Source of the DNA: an uncultured archaeon
GTDB lineage: Archaea > Asgardarchaeota > Thorarchaeia > Thorarchaeales > Thorarchaeaceae
Length of the DNA: 64,000 bases
NCBI GenBank assembly: GCA_964610875.1
Contig: CAZSWP010000009.1
Location: forward strand, 33,058 to 97,057
Direction of reading: 5' to 3'
A program made the translations under genes and the position numbers. Each line of letters starts with the position of its first letter. The first letter of the stretch is position 1. Shown here one piece after another: positions 28,288 through 38,350 of the stretch. Below the pieces are notes generated by a model. The model had not been told where the DNA came from, made no database searches, and saw nothing but the letters and a program-made list of their open reading frames with translations.

Positions 28288-29682
28288 TTGGTGAAGTCAA
28301 TGGGTGTTAAGGAAGCGCTACAAATCACATTATTTATCCTATCTTGGGTGCCAATTGGTTTCTTGGTAGTAACTCCTCTATTACCATATGATTCAAGCTT
28401 TACTCATGACTTCTCGATATACAATACAGAATGGAACGGAATGAGTGATTTTAGAGAACAAATAGAGAGTGATGGCTATACTACCCAGACCATTCAATCG
28501 TCAATGAGTGTTATCACAAGGACCAATGGTAGTGGGGTATTGTTTATTGTTGGGCCTGTAAGAGACTTTTCGATAGATACGCTAACAATCTTCAATCATC
28601 TAATGGCAGGAGGTTCAGTTGTTATAGCTGACGACTTTGGTACAGCTAATAGTTCTCTTGCGCTCTTGAACACCTTCTTTGGCGGTTTTGGTGGTTTGGA
28701 GAGTCAACTACAGGGTGCTGGTGTAACCGGTATTCTGTCTTTTGCAGACGGTGTTTTACTTGATTTGGATTCCTACGATCGAAGTCCAAAACTTCCTGTT
28801 ATCACTGACCTTAGGCCGCATCCTCTAACCCAAGGTGTGACGAATATTCACCTGAATAATGCAACAGCTATCACACCTACAAGCGTCTTGGGTGCATTGG
28901 GTATTGCATGGACAACTAATCGTGCTTGGTGCGACCGTAATGTAACACTTGAGAATCCATCTCCAGATGGTAACGAGTTGAACGGAAGTTTACCTGTTAT
29001 TGGTGCCCTTGATATGAGTTCAGTTGGGACTTCCGGAGGCAAATTAATTGCTATCTCTGATCCGAGTATATTCATCAATGATATGTATGATCGATTTGCA
29101 GGCAACCGACAACTTGCTAGCAATATCGTCGATTGGTGTACTGATGGCAATACATCAATCCCCATAGTATTCTGTGAGCAGCTTCTAGCCACACCAATTC
29201 TCTCCGGTGAATTCCTATTTGGGTCTTTTATGGGTCGCATTTTTTGGGCATCTACAAGCTTCTTTCTTGCTCCTGCTTACCCCTTAATGACTGCTATAGG
29301 TATCAAAAAATATCTACCAGATATTCAAAATCCCGAGGTGAGAAGTGTTTCTGAAGTATTCCTAAGGAAAGGAAGGACGTACTTCAGTGAAAGGATGTCC
29401 TACTACAGGTCTGAAGGCAACTACGCTAGGGTGGTGAAAATGCTTTACCGTCGACTACGACGGGAGACTCGACGAAAATATCAATGGACCGAATTTAAGA
29501 CTGATCAAGTCTGGGAGCTAATGAAATACAAAGACTCGAAATTAAAGGAACAAGAATTCTTCAAAGTAATTGACAGGATTGAGGAAATATCCCAAAAACA
29601 GGATATGAGAATAAAAGAGGGTGAGATGATGTCCCTCTTTTTCTTCATGCGTAATATTCAGAATAAATTAATTGAATCATAA
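28288..29682 (+). CDS. DUF4350-like membrane protein
   Basis: FSIYNTEWNGMSDF, GGSVVIADDFGTANS, ISDPSIFINDM. Confidence 0.75.
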   Translation: MVKSMGVKEALQITLFILSWVPIGFLVVTPLLPYDSSFTHDFSIYNTEWNGMSDFREQIESDGYTTQTIQSSMSVITRTNGSGVLFIVGPVRDFSIDTLTIFNHLMAGGSVVIADDFGTANSSLALLNTFFGGFGGLESQLQGAGVTGILSFADGVLLDLDSYDRSPKLPVITDLRPHPLTQGVTNIHLNNATAITPTSVLGALGIAWTTNRAWCDRNVTLENPSPDGNELNGSLPVIGALDMSSVGTSGGKLIAISDPSIFINDMYDRFAGNRQLASNIVDWCTDGNTSIPIVFCEQLLATPILSGEFLFGSFMGRIFWASTSFFLAPAYPLMTAIGIKKYLPDIQNPEVRSVSEVFLRKGRTYFSERMSYYRSEGNYARVVKMLYRRLRRETRRKYQWTEFKTDQVWELMKYKDSKLKEQEFFKVIDRIEEISQKQDMRIKEGEMMSLFFFMRNIQNKLIES

Positions 29683-29700
29683 TGAGGTGGAACATAAAAA

Positions 29701-30687
29701 ATGACATCTGAAGCGACTCTGCCAGAAGCGGAAGACATTGGCCCCCCAATGTCCATTCAAGAAGTTCATACTCTGTCTTCAGAGATAATCCGTGAATGTC
29801 AGAGGGTAATTGTTGGAAAAGGTGATTTGATGGCAGATGTGCTTACAGCATTTCTGTCTGATGGTCACGTAGTATTGGAAGGTGTACCTGGTCTTGCAAA
29901 GACATACATGGCTCGAACTTTCGCATCTATTCTGGGTTGTGCTTTCAAACGAATCCAGTTGACAGTTGACACTCTTCCTGCAGACCTACTTGGTAGTAAC
30001 GTCTTTAATCAGAGTACGGGCGAATTCTGGTTTCGGAAAGGTCCTGTCTTCTCAAATCTTGTCCTAGCAGATGAGATTAATCGTTGCCCACCAAAATCAC
30101 AGAGTGCTCTGTTAGAGGTCATGGAAGAACGTCAGGTATCAACTGAGGGTGTTACAAGGAAGCTACCACTCCCCTTCTTGATTATTGCGACTCAAAATCC
30201 AGTAGAGCAAGAAGGTACCTACCCATTACCAGAAGCACAACTTGACCGGTTCATGTTCAGAATCATTCTGGACTATCCTACTGCTGCAGAAGAAGCTGAG
30301 GTAATCAGACGGAAACACATCGGTGAGGTCACTGACCTTCGAGTTCTTGCAGATCCTGATAAAATAGTAAGGATGCATCAAGCTTGTAGAACCGTCTTTC
30401 TTGATGAGGATATCATCAGCTACATTCGTGATATCATTGTAAGAACAAGAAATGATCCGCAGATTCTCTTAGGCGGCTCTCCACGTGCTTCTCTTGTATT
30501 AATGAATGCATCAAAGACAAGGGCTGCTATGCATGGACGTGAATATGTTGTACCTGAAGATGTTCGCAAACTCTGTATACAAGCTCTAAATCATCGATTG
30601 ATGCTGAAACCAGAAGCTGAACTCGAAGGTCTGACGGTTGAACGTGTAGTAAGCAAAATACTAGGTGAAGTTGACTGTCCAAGATAA
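29701..30687 (+). CDS. moxR: MoxR family AAA+ ATPase
   Basis: HVVLEGVPGLAKT, LADEINR, QSALLEVMEE, ATQNPVEQEGTYPLPEAQLDRF, GSPRA. Confidence 0.96.
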   Translation: MTSEATLPEAEDIGPPMSIQEVHTLSSEIIRECQRVIVGKGDLMADVLTAFLSDGHVVLEGVPGLAKTYMARTFASILGCAFKRIQLTVDTLPADLLGSNVFNQSTGEFWFRKGPVFSNLVLADEINRCPPKSQSALLEVMEERQVSTEGVTRKLPLPFLIIATQNPVEQEGTYPLPEAQLDRFMFRIILDYPTAAEEAEVIRRKHIGEVTDLRVLADPDKIVRMHQACRTVFLDEDIISYIRDIIVRTRNDPQILLGGSPRASLVLMNASKTRAAMHGREYVVPEDVRKLCIQALNHRLMLKPEAELEGLTVERVVSKILGEVDCPR

Positions 30688-32038
30688 CACAAATACTTCG
30701 GAGAGCGAAAAGACATTGATAACACGTAGAGGATTTGTAGTGGTCTTCGGTGGAGTACTCCTCTTGACAAGTGGATTTGCATTCGTCAATTTCTATCTAA
30801 CATTAATTGGAGTATATCTTATTGTAGGTTTAGTGATTACTCTTCCTCTATTCGCTTCAACTGCTAATCTCTCCGGAATTGTGGTTGAGCGGTCTATAGA
30901 TAAAGTAAAAGTCTTCTCAGGAGATTTTTTGCGGGTCCGGGTGACCATTAGAAACGAATCTCGACGCCACTTCGATTTCATTGAAGTGCATGACCTCTAT
31001 CCGGAAACTTGGATTCTCGCAATAGGTGCAAACTTCATCGCATCTCGTATTGAGCCGAACGGGAGTATTACATTCTCCTATATTCTTCAAGCCAGAATGC
31101 GCGGCCGCTACTTCCTAGGGCCTACTGATGTGATTATGCGTGACCGACTAGGATTGCATTACTACAAACGAATTGTTGTTGAGAAGACAGAGATACTCGT
31201 CTTGCCTACCTGGAAGGATGTCCGTCGTTTGCAAGCCCTAGGAAATCAACGCCAATTGGGTCTTATGTTTGGTTCACATAGAACCAGATTTGTAGGAATG
31301 GGGACTGATTTTGCTGGCTTTAGAGAATATGCGCCTGGTGATTCATTTCGACTTATTGACTGGAAGACCACCGCAAAGCGTGGAAAGCTGGTCATAAAAC
31401 AATATGAAATGGAAAAGAACATCCAGATTATATGTCTGGTTGATTCCAGTGGAAGTATGGGTAATGGTTATCCTGAAAACACAAAATTAGAATATGCAAT
31501 ACGTGCTGCTGTTCTGTTGACCTTCATGGGGGTTGAACGCAAGGACTTGGTTGGAACCTGCGTCTTTAGTGACCGCGTGCATTCATTTATTCCACCTAGA
31601 ATATCACAAAATCATATGTATGATGTATTAGATGCACTGGCATTAGCAGAACCAAGCGGTTGGAGTGATTATGAAAGAGCTATAGAATATGTAACGCAGC
31701 AGACCAAGAAAAGATCTCTCATAATCTGGTTGACCGACTTAGAAGAATCCCCTGCCCCATTACTCAACGCCATGAAGAAAGTTGTCGCTAATGGACATAG
31801 GTCTATGGTCATCAGTCCTTTTGGACCGTGGTTTGAAGCACCAGTTGGCCAGTTTGGTCCTGTGGAAAGAGTCCTCGCTGAAGCGGTATCTGAAGAACTT
31901 TGGGAGCGCCGAAGAAAGATATCAAAAGCACTATCACGTTTTGGGATATCTGTAGCAAATGTAGGGCCTGAAGATTTTCTACCCACGATAATAAAACAGT
32001 ACGAGATGGCAAAGCAACAGGGGGTCGCAATGTTTTGA
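30665..32038 (+). CDS. DUF58 / vWA-domain protein
   Basis: RGRYFLGP, FREYAPGDSFRLIDWKTTAK, MIDAS-like DSSGSM. Confidence 0.9.
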   Translation: MKLTVQDNTNTSESEKTLITRRGFVVVFGGVLLLTSGFAFVNFYLTLIGVYLIVGLVITLPLFASTANLSGIVVERSIDKVKVFSGDFLRVRVTIRNESRRHFDFIEVHDLYPETWILAIGANFIASRIEPNGSITFSYILQARMRGRYFLGPTDVIMRDRLGLHYYKRIVVEKTEILVLPTWKDVRRLQALGNQRQLGLMFGSHRTRFVGMGTDFAGFREYAPGDSFRLIDWKTTAKRGKLVIKQYEMEKNIQIICLVDSSGSMGNGYPENTKLEYAIRAAVLLTFMGVERKDLVGTCVFSDRVHSFIPPRISQNHMYDVLDALALAEPSGWSDYERAIEYVTQQTKKRSLIIWLTDLEESPAPLLNAMKKVVANGHRSMVISPFGPWFEAPVGQFGPVERVLAEAVSEELWERRRKISKALSRFGISVANVGPEDFLPTIIKQYEMAKQQGVAMF

Positions 32039-33411
32039 AAGTGGTTCCTATTATCCTAAGAATTCTCTCTCTTGTAACCTTCATTGCCATGTGTTATCTC
32101 GTGTACAATACACTTTCTGGTCATTGGGATTGGGATGCTCCTTACATATTCATTGTAACAATCTTTCGTCTCATGTCGATGGTGTTCTTTTTCTTCACTT
32201 CGCTGGTTTTTAGTGGACTTGTTGCCAGTTTGACAGGGAGTGCTTCTTCTGATATTTTCATAGGTCTCTATAATACACTCTTACTCAGAATGTGGTATAT
32301 GCAACCATTTGGCCTTGAAGACCCTTTAACTGATATCAACGCTGTGTATCGCCACTTCACTTTTAATTTAGATAACGTCTGGTTGATTTTACAGAATAAT
32401 ACCTTTACCTTTCTTTACTTCTTGTTCGCGGCACTAGGTGTAGCCTTTTTCCTTCAATCCATGTTCAGAATAGATCACAAATTTGTTGGTGGTGCATTTC
32501 TCTCAATACAAGCAATTCTAATTGTCGGAGCTTTTAGATTACTGGCAATTCCTAATTTTATTGCATTTCCTGCAGATTTCATGGTCTTCTTTGTTTCCAA
32601 TGTACAGATACTCGCAATAGTGTCCTTTGCGTATCTTGAAATCAGCTATCAAATGCTTTACAGTCAATCTGTTGGAAAACCCGTTGAAGAAAGAGAAGAA
32701 ACTCTGAAAAAACAGTTATTGGCCCTAAGACAGGCCACACGTAAGCAGGATGCAATTGAGCGGGGAGATAAGGTTAGTGTCACTACAATGAGTAGATCTA
32801 CAAGTGCGACAGCTTTTTCATTTCTGAGAGAAGCAATTGAAAGAAAGGTTGTTGGAGACAAAGATGCGTTAGAAAACCTCGATGCTGTATCTGATGTTAG
32901 ACGCCTGCAGATATATGTTGATGAATTACTCGAAAGTGATGAAAATGCCAGAGAAGAACTCACCGCTAAGGCTGCAGCACCATCTGAATCATATGTCATA
33001 ACATCCACTTTGACTGGTTCTATCATTCGATTCGCTGGTGTAGTAGTATTGGCATTCATTTTCATGAGTCCGGTACTATTCGTTTCATTACTCAATCTTC
33101 CTCCAGGAGTGGCGTTTAGTCTAGAACTAGAGCAGCCTGAAATGGTCGTCTTCTTCCTCATGCCAATCATATTGTTATTTCCTCTTATTGCAATGATTAT
33201 AGGCTGGAGTACAACTAGAGAGGCCCTAGATGAAATCGATAAAGAAGAAGAAGAAGAGGAAAAGAAGGAACGTAGAAAGAAGCTGAGGGAAGCCGCAAAA
33301 CTGCGTAGGAAACGAGAAGCTGAACGGAAAAAGGTTGCAGAGCGTGAAGAACCAACTGATGAATGGGATCGTGCTCTTGAAGAATCCTTTAAAATCGGGG
33401 ATAAGGAGTAG
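32035..33411 (+). CDS. Multi-pass membrane protein of unknown function, coupled to the DUF58 gene
   Basis: About 8 TM segments, a long helical loop and a highly charged C-tail; overlapping stop/start. Confidence 0.75.
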   Translation: MKVVPIILRILSLVTFIAMCYLVYNTLSGHWDWDAPYIFIVTIFRLMSMVFFFFTSLVFSGLVASLTGSASSDIFIGLYNTLLLRMWYMQPFGLEDPLTDINAVYRHFTFNLDNVWLILQNNTFTFLYFLFAALGVAFFLQSMFRIDHKFVGGAFLSIQAILIVGAFRLLAIPNFIAFPADFMVFFVSNVQILAIVSFAYLEISYQMLYSQSVGKPVEEREETLKKQLLALRQATRKQDAIERGDKVSVTTMSRSTSATAFSFLREAIERKVVGDKDALENLDAVSDVRRLQIYVDELLESDENAREELTAKAAAPSESYVITSTLTGSIIRFAGVVVLAFIFMSPVLFVSLLNLPPGVAFSLELEQPEMVVFFLMPIILLFPLIAMIIGWSTTREALDEIDKEEEEEEKKERRKKLREAAKLRRKREAERKKVAEREEPTDEWDRALEESFKIGDKE

Positions 33412-33420
33412 AGAATTCGG

Positions 33421-34386
33421 ATGTCGTTTGTAGTTAGTCATGGCGATGTTGATGGCATAACCTCAGGTGCTATAGCTATGCAAAAGTTTCCCGGTTCAAC
33501 TTTTTACTTTTCAAAACCGTCCCAATTACCCACTGACCTCTTCCGCATTGCCAAAGATAAACCTGACCTCGTTTGTATCAGTGACATTGCTGTCAATGAG
33601 CAACGTTTTGCGGACATCGTACGAGCTCTTGATAGATTTCCTTCACACACCAAAATCCATTGGATTGATCATCATCCAATGCGTCGAAAGCATCTTGGTA
33701 TATTATCGAAGAAGACGGATTTGTTTCATGAGATTGGACCATGTGCAGCTGAGTTAGTATACCGAAGGTTTCAAGATGAGCTACCTGAGAGTGCATTAAG
33801 ATTAGCCCTTTATGGCGCAATTGCCGACTACTGTGATGATACGCCATTCACACAAGTCCACTTCGATGATTATGATAAACGAACACTCTATCTAGAGGCA
33901 GGTCTTCTTGTGCAAGCTTTACAAGAAATAGACTATCGTAGAGAATCGAAGGACTTGGTACGAGAACTTACTCTTGGTATTGCCCCCAGTGCAATGAATC
34001 ATATTGTAGAACTCGCAATAAAAGCAACCAGAATTGAGCATGAAGTCTTCAGATATGTGAAGAATTATGCAAGAAAACTGGGTCCTATTGGATATATCTT
34101 AGATATGCCAATTGATGGGTATCGTGGAAAATCGGCTAAATTTTCAGCTTATGTGACTGACTCCAATATAGGAATAAGTGCAAAGACATCTGAAGATGAG
34201 ATGGATATGAGTATTCGTAGAAGGGCCACAAATATCGATCTTAACAAGGCCTTGAATGAGATACTCATCGAGTTCAATGATGCCCATGGCGGAGGGCATC
34301 CTGCTGCAGCAGGAGCAAGTATGTATAAGAACGATTTCCCAACTTTTCTACAAAGATTCGCAGATTATATGTCCACAAAGAGCTAA
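33421..34386 (+). CDS. DHH/DHHA1 family phosphoesterase
   Basis: SHGDVDG, SDIA, WIDHH, GAIAD, GGGHPAAAG. Confidence 0.9.
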   Translation: MSFVVSHGDVDGITSGAIAMQKFPGSTFYFSKPSQLPTDLFRIAKDKPDLVCISDIAVNEQRFADIVRALDRFPSHTKIHWIDHHPMRRKHLGILSKKTDLFHEIGPCAAELVYRRFQDELPESALRLALYGAIADYCDDTPFTQVHFDDYDKRTLYLEAGLLVQALQEIDYRRESKDLVRELTLGIAPSAMNHIVELAIKATRIEHEVFRYVKNYARKLGPIGYILDMPIDGYRGKSAKFSAYVTDSNIGISAKTSEDEMDMSIRRRATNIDLNKALNEILIEFNDAHGGGHPAAAGASMYKNDFPTFLQRFADYMSTKS

Positions 34387-36572
34387 AGTAGGGTATTGAG
34401 TGCACTCCAGAGCACCCATATCACTGTTACAATTGCTTCACCAGCAACTATCCCGCTCAATAATCTACTTGTCTTTTCGTATGTTTTTCTCTCGGTAGGA
34501 GAAGGATTTCCCTCAGAAGCGTCTTGCTCTAGATTGGGATATTTCTTCTTTAACCTATAATCTACAAACCCTCCAATCAATATAGCAACAGTCGTGGCTG
34601 GCGGAATTAAGAGGCCTACTGCAAGACTCATAGGACTTAGCCCTCGCTTAATGAAGAATCTCCCTAAGAGAAAACCAATCGCTCCAAATGATATTAGGTA
34701 GATGAATACAAGAACAGGATGCACTCCTTCATAGTTACTAAAACCAGGAAGTTGTAAGTTACCTAATCCTGAAAGACTATTGATGAGAAAACCAAAAAGT
34801 TGAGCAGCTGGAGCAGGAAAATCAGTGTTTCCAAAACCATAGAGAATGTATATGCCATACGTTATCAACGAACCAACAAAGGTTCCAAGTAGAGCTCCCA
34901 CACCCACTGCCTTTCCGATGGTCTTTCCCCTAACTCCAGTCATCTGTCCCAGTTTTAGATGGACTAGCATTGCAATCCCTGCATCTTGAAGCGCTCCAAG
35001 CATCGACATAAATGTCGTAATGGCTGAGAATGAAACTCTGAAGAAGAGAATAGCCGGAATTGCAACCATGTCTGATATATATCCAGCAAGCATTCCTGTT
35101 TCACATATTGATTTGGCAGTGAAGTACGCAGAAATCAACGCAATTGGTGCCCCGAACACGAACAGCAACCAGCTAATATCCAGACCTGTAAAAGGTCTTA
35201 TGACTGAGAACAGGATGACCCCTGTAGTAATGAATAACACAATAGAAACAACTGCTACCCATGGTGGTAGTTGCCCACGTCTCCTCACCATATACTCTCG
35301 TGGATTGTCCACTATCTGACGTATTTCTTCTTTTACAGACTCCAAAGAGAAGAGCTCACTCTTCACCCGTTCAATCATCCTACCTCCTATGGTGAGTGGA
35401 GGTACATGCTTATCTTCCTCAATCCATTCAGCCTTGGCTGCATCATCCACATCTGTATCCTTGCTGGATAATACATCTCCAAGAATGACTGTGGCAAATG
35501 TACCCAGCGCTAGGTAAAGAATCTCTGGTCTGGTAAGATGTTCCCCAAAGGGTATTGATATTGCTCCCTCCAGAAAAATCCATATCAGTAGAGAAAGCAG
35601 GCTACCTACAGCCATCACAATTGTCCTCTTCCAACCCACAAAAAAACCAATCGCAGCAATTAATGGTGAATTACTAATGCCAATCCAATCTGGTACTGTG
35701 GATGCAACTGCATGAGGAAAGGACCCAAAAGGTGATGGATTATCAATGGTGACATACGGTACTTCTGCAATCTTTGTCAAAGCTGTCCAAGCACCAGCTG
35801 CCAGTAAACCGGTAACTACGGTTTGTTTAGCTTCCTTTTCCGCCCCAAGAGATTTGATGGTTTCTGCTTGTGGTTGAATTTGTGGCCACGGTTCATCATC
35901 AAATTTCTCTCTGAATGGTGCCATAAGCAACAAACCAAATAATGCACTAATCCCCGTCACGAAAACGATGAATTGGTATGTTATCAAGTCAACAGCAATT
36001 GCGGGTTGAAAGATTGCAATCGCTGGGAATGTGATCAGCACACCAATTGAAACCATGGATGAAGTATTAGCTATGGAAACAACTATCGTATTTTCCTCGG
36101 GAGTATAACGACCATGAACTGTAAGAACAAGAAAGCCAAGCAGTTCAGCACCAACAAAATAGACAACACCTAGTTTTAGTGCAAGATAGATTCCTAGAAA
36201 AGTGATAATTATTCCAACAACAATACCTGTACTAATGGCTCTCTTGGTGAGCGGAAATTTTGGTTCACTTGTCACAGCAGCATAAATCGCAACACCCGCA
36301 GCTGCCATGACTGTCACTTCAAAGCCTTCAAATACTGCTATAAGTCCAAAAGCGACCCAGAGATAACCGAAGATGAACAAAATAAGTACTGCTAATCCCT
36401 TCTTGTTTGTTCTATCTTTTAGTATGGACGCAATAAGAAGTGATACTTCTAGCAGCAATGCAGAAATTGTATTGAAATTGATGACACCTTCACTGATTAC
36501 TAATAGTGCATAAAACATCCCTGCTCCATATAATCCAACCAGTAGTGATTTTGGAGAGCTGAGTTTTTGCAT
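34383..36572 (-). CDS. OPT/YSL family oligopeptide transporter-like protein
   Basis: LTKRAI..G, YLALKLG, EENTIV, FPAPAAQ, SGIVAGEAI. Confidence 0.75.
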   Translation of the reverse strand: MQKLSSPKSLLVGLYGAGMFYALLVISEGVINFNTISALLLEVSLLIASILKDRTNKKGLAVLILFIFGYLWVAFGLIAVFEGFEVTVMAAAGVAIYAAVTSEPKFPLTKRAISTGIVVGIIITFLGIYLALKLGVVYFVGAELLGFLVLTVHGRYTPEENTIVVSIANTSSMVSIGVLITFPAIAIFQPAIAVDLITYQFIVFVTGISALFGLLLMAPFREKFDDEPWPQIQPQAETIKSLGAEKEAKQTVVTGLLAAGAWTALTKIAEVPYVTIDNPSPFGSFPHAVASTVPDWIGISNSPLIAAIGFFVGWKRTIVMAVGSLLSLLIWIFLEGAISIPFGEHLTRPEILYLALGTFATVILGDVLSSKDTDVDDAAKAEWIEEDKHVPPLTIGGRMIERVKSELFSLESVKEEIRQIVDNPREYMVRRRGQLPPWVAVVSIVLFITTGVILFSVIRPFTGLDISWLLFVFGAPIALISAYFTAKSICETGMLAGYISDMVAIPAILFFRVSFSAITTFMSMLGALQDAGIAMLVHLKLGQMTGVRGKTIGKAVGVGALLGTFVGSLITYGIYILYGFGNTDFPAPAAQLFGFLINSLSGLGNLQLPGFSNYEGVHPVLVFIYLISFGAIGFLLGRFFIKRGLSPMSLAVGLLIPPATTVAILIGGFVDYRLKKKYPNLEQDASEGNPSPTERKTYEKTSRLLSGIVAGEAIVTVIWVLWSALNTLL

Positions 36573-36669
36573 CGTATCAAATCCTCCGTTATAGATGGAG
36601 GGTGTAATTCAGGTTATTCTACATCCATTAGAATGAATGAGGGTATCTTTATGCCAGATTCTGCATTAT

Positions 36670-36987
36670 TTATTGTTTATGACACGTCTGCAATACATCA
36701 CTTATTGTATCAAGCTGTGAATCTATGATGAGTAGAATCTTCTCTCTAGATTTACGTCCCCCCACGATAATAACTTGGCTTGTTGACAATCCTAGTAATT
36801 TTGAGAGTCTTTTAACAAGCTCTGTGTTTGCTTTTCCTTGACGAGCTGGCCCTCTAAGATTCACAAGAACATGTGTCTCAGAGATTTCCTGTATCAAATT
36901 CTGTTCTTGTGATTGAGGTCGAACTACAACCCGAAGAAATACTCCTTTGTCTGACTCCCATACAGCTTGCTCAGTCATATCTTTCAT
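36670..36987 (-). CDS. DUF167 (UPF0235/YggU) family protein
   Basis: VVVRPQS, PARQGKANTELVKRLSK, GRKSREK. Confidence 0.88.
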   Translation of the reverse strand: MKDMTEQAVWESDKGVFLRVVVRPQSQEQNLIQEISETHVLVNLRGPARQGKANTELVKRLSKLLGLSTSQVIIVGGRKSREKILLIIDSQLDTISDVLQTCHKQ

Positions 36988-37096
36988 CTTGGAAACAGGC
37001 TTTATGAGTATGTTCCATCAAGGATTCCTTTTTATGGGAATATTGTTAGAATCTCTCAAAGACCGTGTGTATTCAAACATACGGGGTGAGGTACAA

Positions 37097-37477
37097 ATGT
37101 CGGATCCCGTCATGGACGCATATACTGAAGCATACAATGCCTCTGGACAGATGATTCAAGCTTTCGGAGTAATCAAGGCTGATGGATCAGTCCTCTGGCA
37201 GAGCAACAATTGGGACTTGACTGCTGATGCCAAGAGTCTTGTAGCAGCGGTTAATAGCAGGGCTGCAAGTGTCACACAGAATCAAGTAAAATACAGTACA
37301 ATGCGAACAAGTCCTGAGAGTCTTGTAGCACGAAATACCGGTGGAAATGGTATTCTTGTACTCGCCAAGATTGAGGGTGACAAATGGGTAGTGGCATGGG
37401 CTTCTGCTGATGCTGCTCCTGATGGAGTCTATGTTGATGTAGACCGTGCTGCAAAATCTCTTAAAGGCAAAGTCTAA
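37097..37477 (+). CDS. Asgard-type profilin (paralog 1)
   Basis: 126 aa after a GGTGAGG RBS. IQAFGVI..DGSVLWQSNNW, VTQNQVKYSTMRTSPESLVARNTGGNGILVLA and WVVAW resemble Asgard profilins. Confidence 0.8.
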   Translation: MSDPVMDAYTEAYNASGQMIQAFGVIKADGSVLWQSNNWDLTADAKSLVAAVNSRAASVTQNQVKYSTMRTSPESLVARNTGGNGILVLAKIEGDKWVVAWASADAAPDGVYVDVDRAAKSLKGKV

Positions 37478-37495
37478 TTCAAGTCTACATTACTA

Positions 37496-37525
37496 AAGGG
37501 GTGGTTTTCATACCTATCCCCTTTA
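37496..37525 (+). terminator. Stem-loop between the profilin paralogs
   Basis: AAAGGGG...CCCCTTT flanking GGT...ACC. Confidence 0.35.
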
Positions 37526-37565
37526 CTCTCTGTTGCTTCTTGAAATTCTCAATGGTGGCCACAAA

Positions 37566-37940
37566 ATGTCGTCGGTTGTAGAAGAGGCATGGGGTTTTCT
37601 CTATTCAATGAATCCAAAGATACAAGCATTTGGTGTCTGTAAAGATACTGAGATTATTTGGCAAACTAGTAATTGGAATCTAGTGAATGATGTAGATGTA
37701 ATTATCAACGCCCCCGCAAAAGATGCTGCATCTATCAAGGTAGATGGAACTGAGTATTTTAGAGTGGCCTCTTCTGCTGAAACATTTGCTGGAACTGATA
37801 AGAAACAGGATGGGCATATTCTCATCGCTAAAGTTTCCAATGATGTTTGGATTATAGGATGGGCTCAAGCGAATGCAGATCCTGAGCTCGCCTTAGTTGA
37901 TTTGACATATACTGCAAGTCGTCTTGATGGACAATTATAG
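37566..37940 (+). CDS. Profilin-like paralog 2
   Basis: Colinear with paralog 1: IQAFGV, IIWQTSNWNL, DGHILIAK, WIIGWA, A(D/A)P...VD. Confidence 0.7.
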   Translation: MSSVVEEAWGFLYSMNPKIQAFGVCKDTEIIWQTSNWNLVNDVDVIINAPAKDAASIKVDGTEYFRVASSAETFAGTDKKQDGHILIAKVSNDVWIIGWAQANADPELALVDLTYTASRLDGQL

Positions 37941-38050
37941 CTCTATCTTTGAATATAAGTTCTGGAATCACATTTTTAAGACGATTCAAGGAGCATAAAG
38001 AATAAGTGTGAGGTAGAAATTGCACTTTACTAGTCAAGAGGTTAATAGAC

Positions 38051-38293
38051 ATGGCGAACATTCTTGCATTTATATTGATGACCGTTGATATGCCAGCGCA
38101 AAGGGAAATCCTTGGAAAACTACAACAATTCGATGAAGTCAGAGAGGCTCACATTATCTTCGGTGCATTTGACATAATCGTGAAAGCAGAATTCAAGGAT
38201 AACGAGGAGCTCAGTTCCTTCGTTGTTGATAAGGTCAAGGCTATTATAGGTGTTGGTGACACACAGACAAATGTCTGTGCTAGCACAAGCTAG
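38051..38293 (+). CDS. Stand-alone Lrp/AsnC ligand-binding (RAM) domain protein
   Basis: AFILM, EAHIIFGAFDIIVK, GVGDTQT; no HTH. Confidence 0.85.
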   Translation: MANILAFILMTVDMPAQREILGKLQQFDEVREAHIIFGAFDIIVKAEFKDNEELSSFVVDKVKAIIGVGDTQTNVCASTS

Positions 38294-38350
38294 AATCACA
38301 GATGCTTTTGCTAGGCATGCTGAGGTAACAGAACCTCGATGAACTGGTAA

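Noticed and set aside
36947-37096. N-terminal 50 aa of the listed 176-aa ORF
   Set aside because: Overlaps the divergent DUF167 gene; a clear RBS precedes ATG 37097
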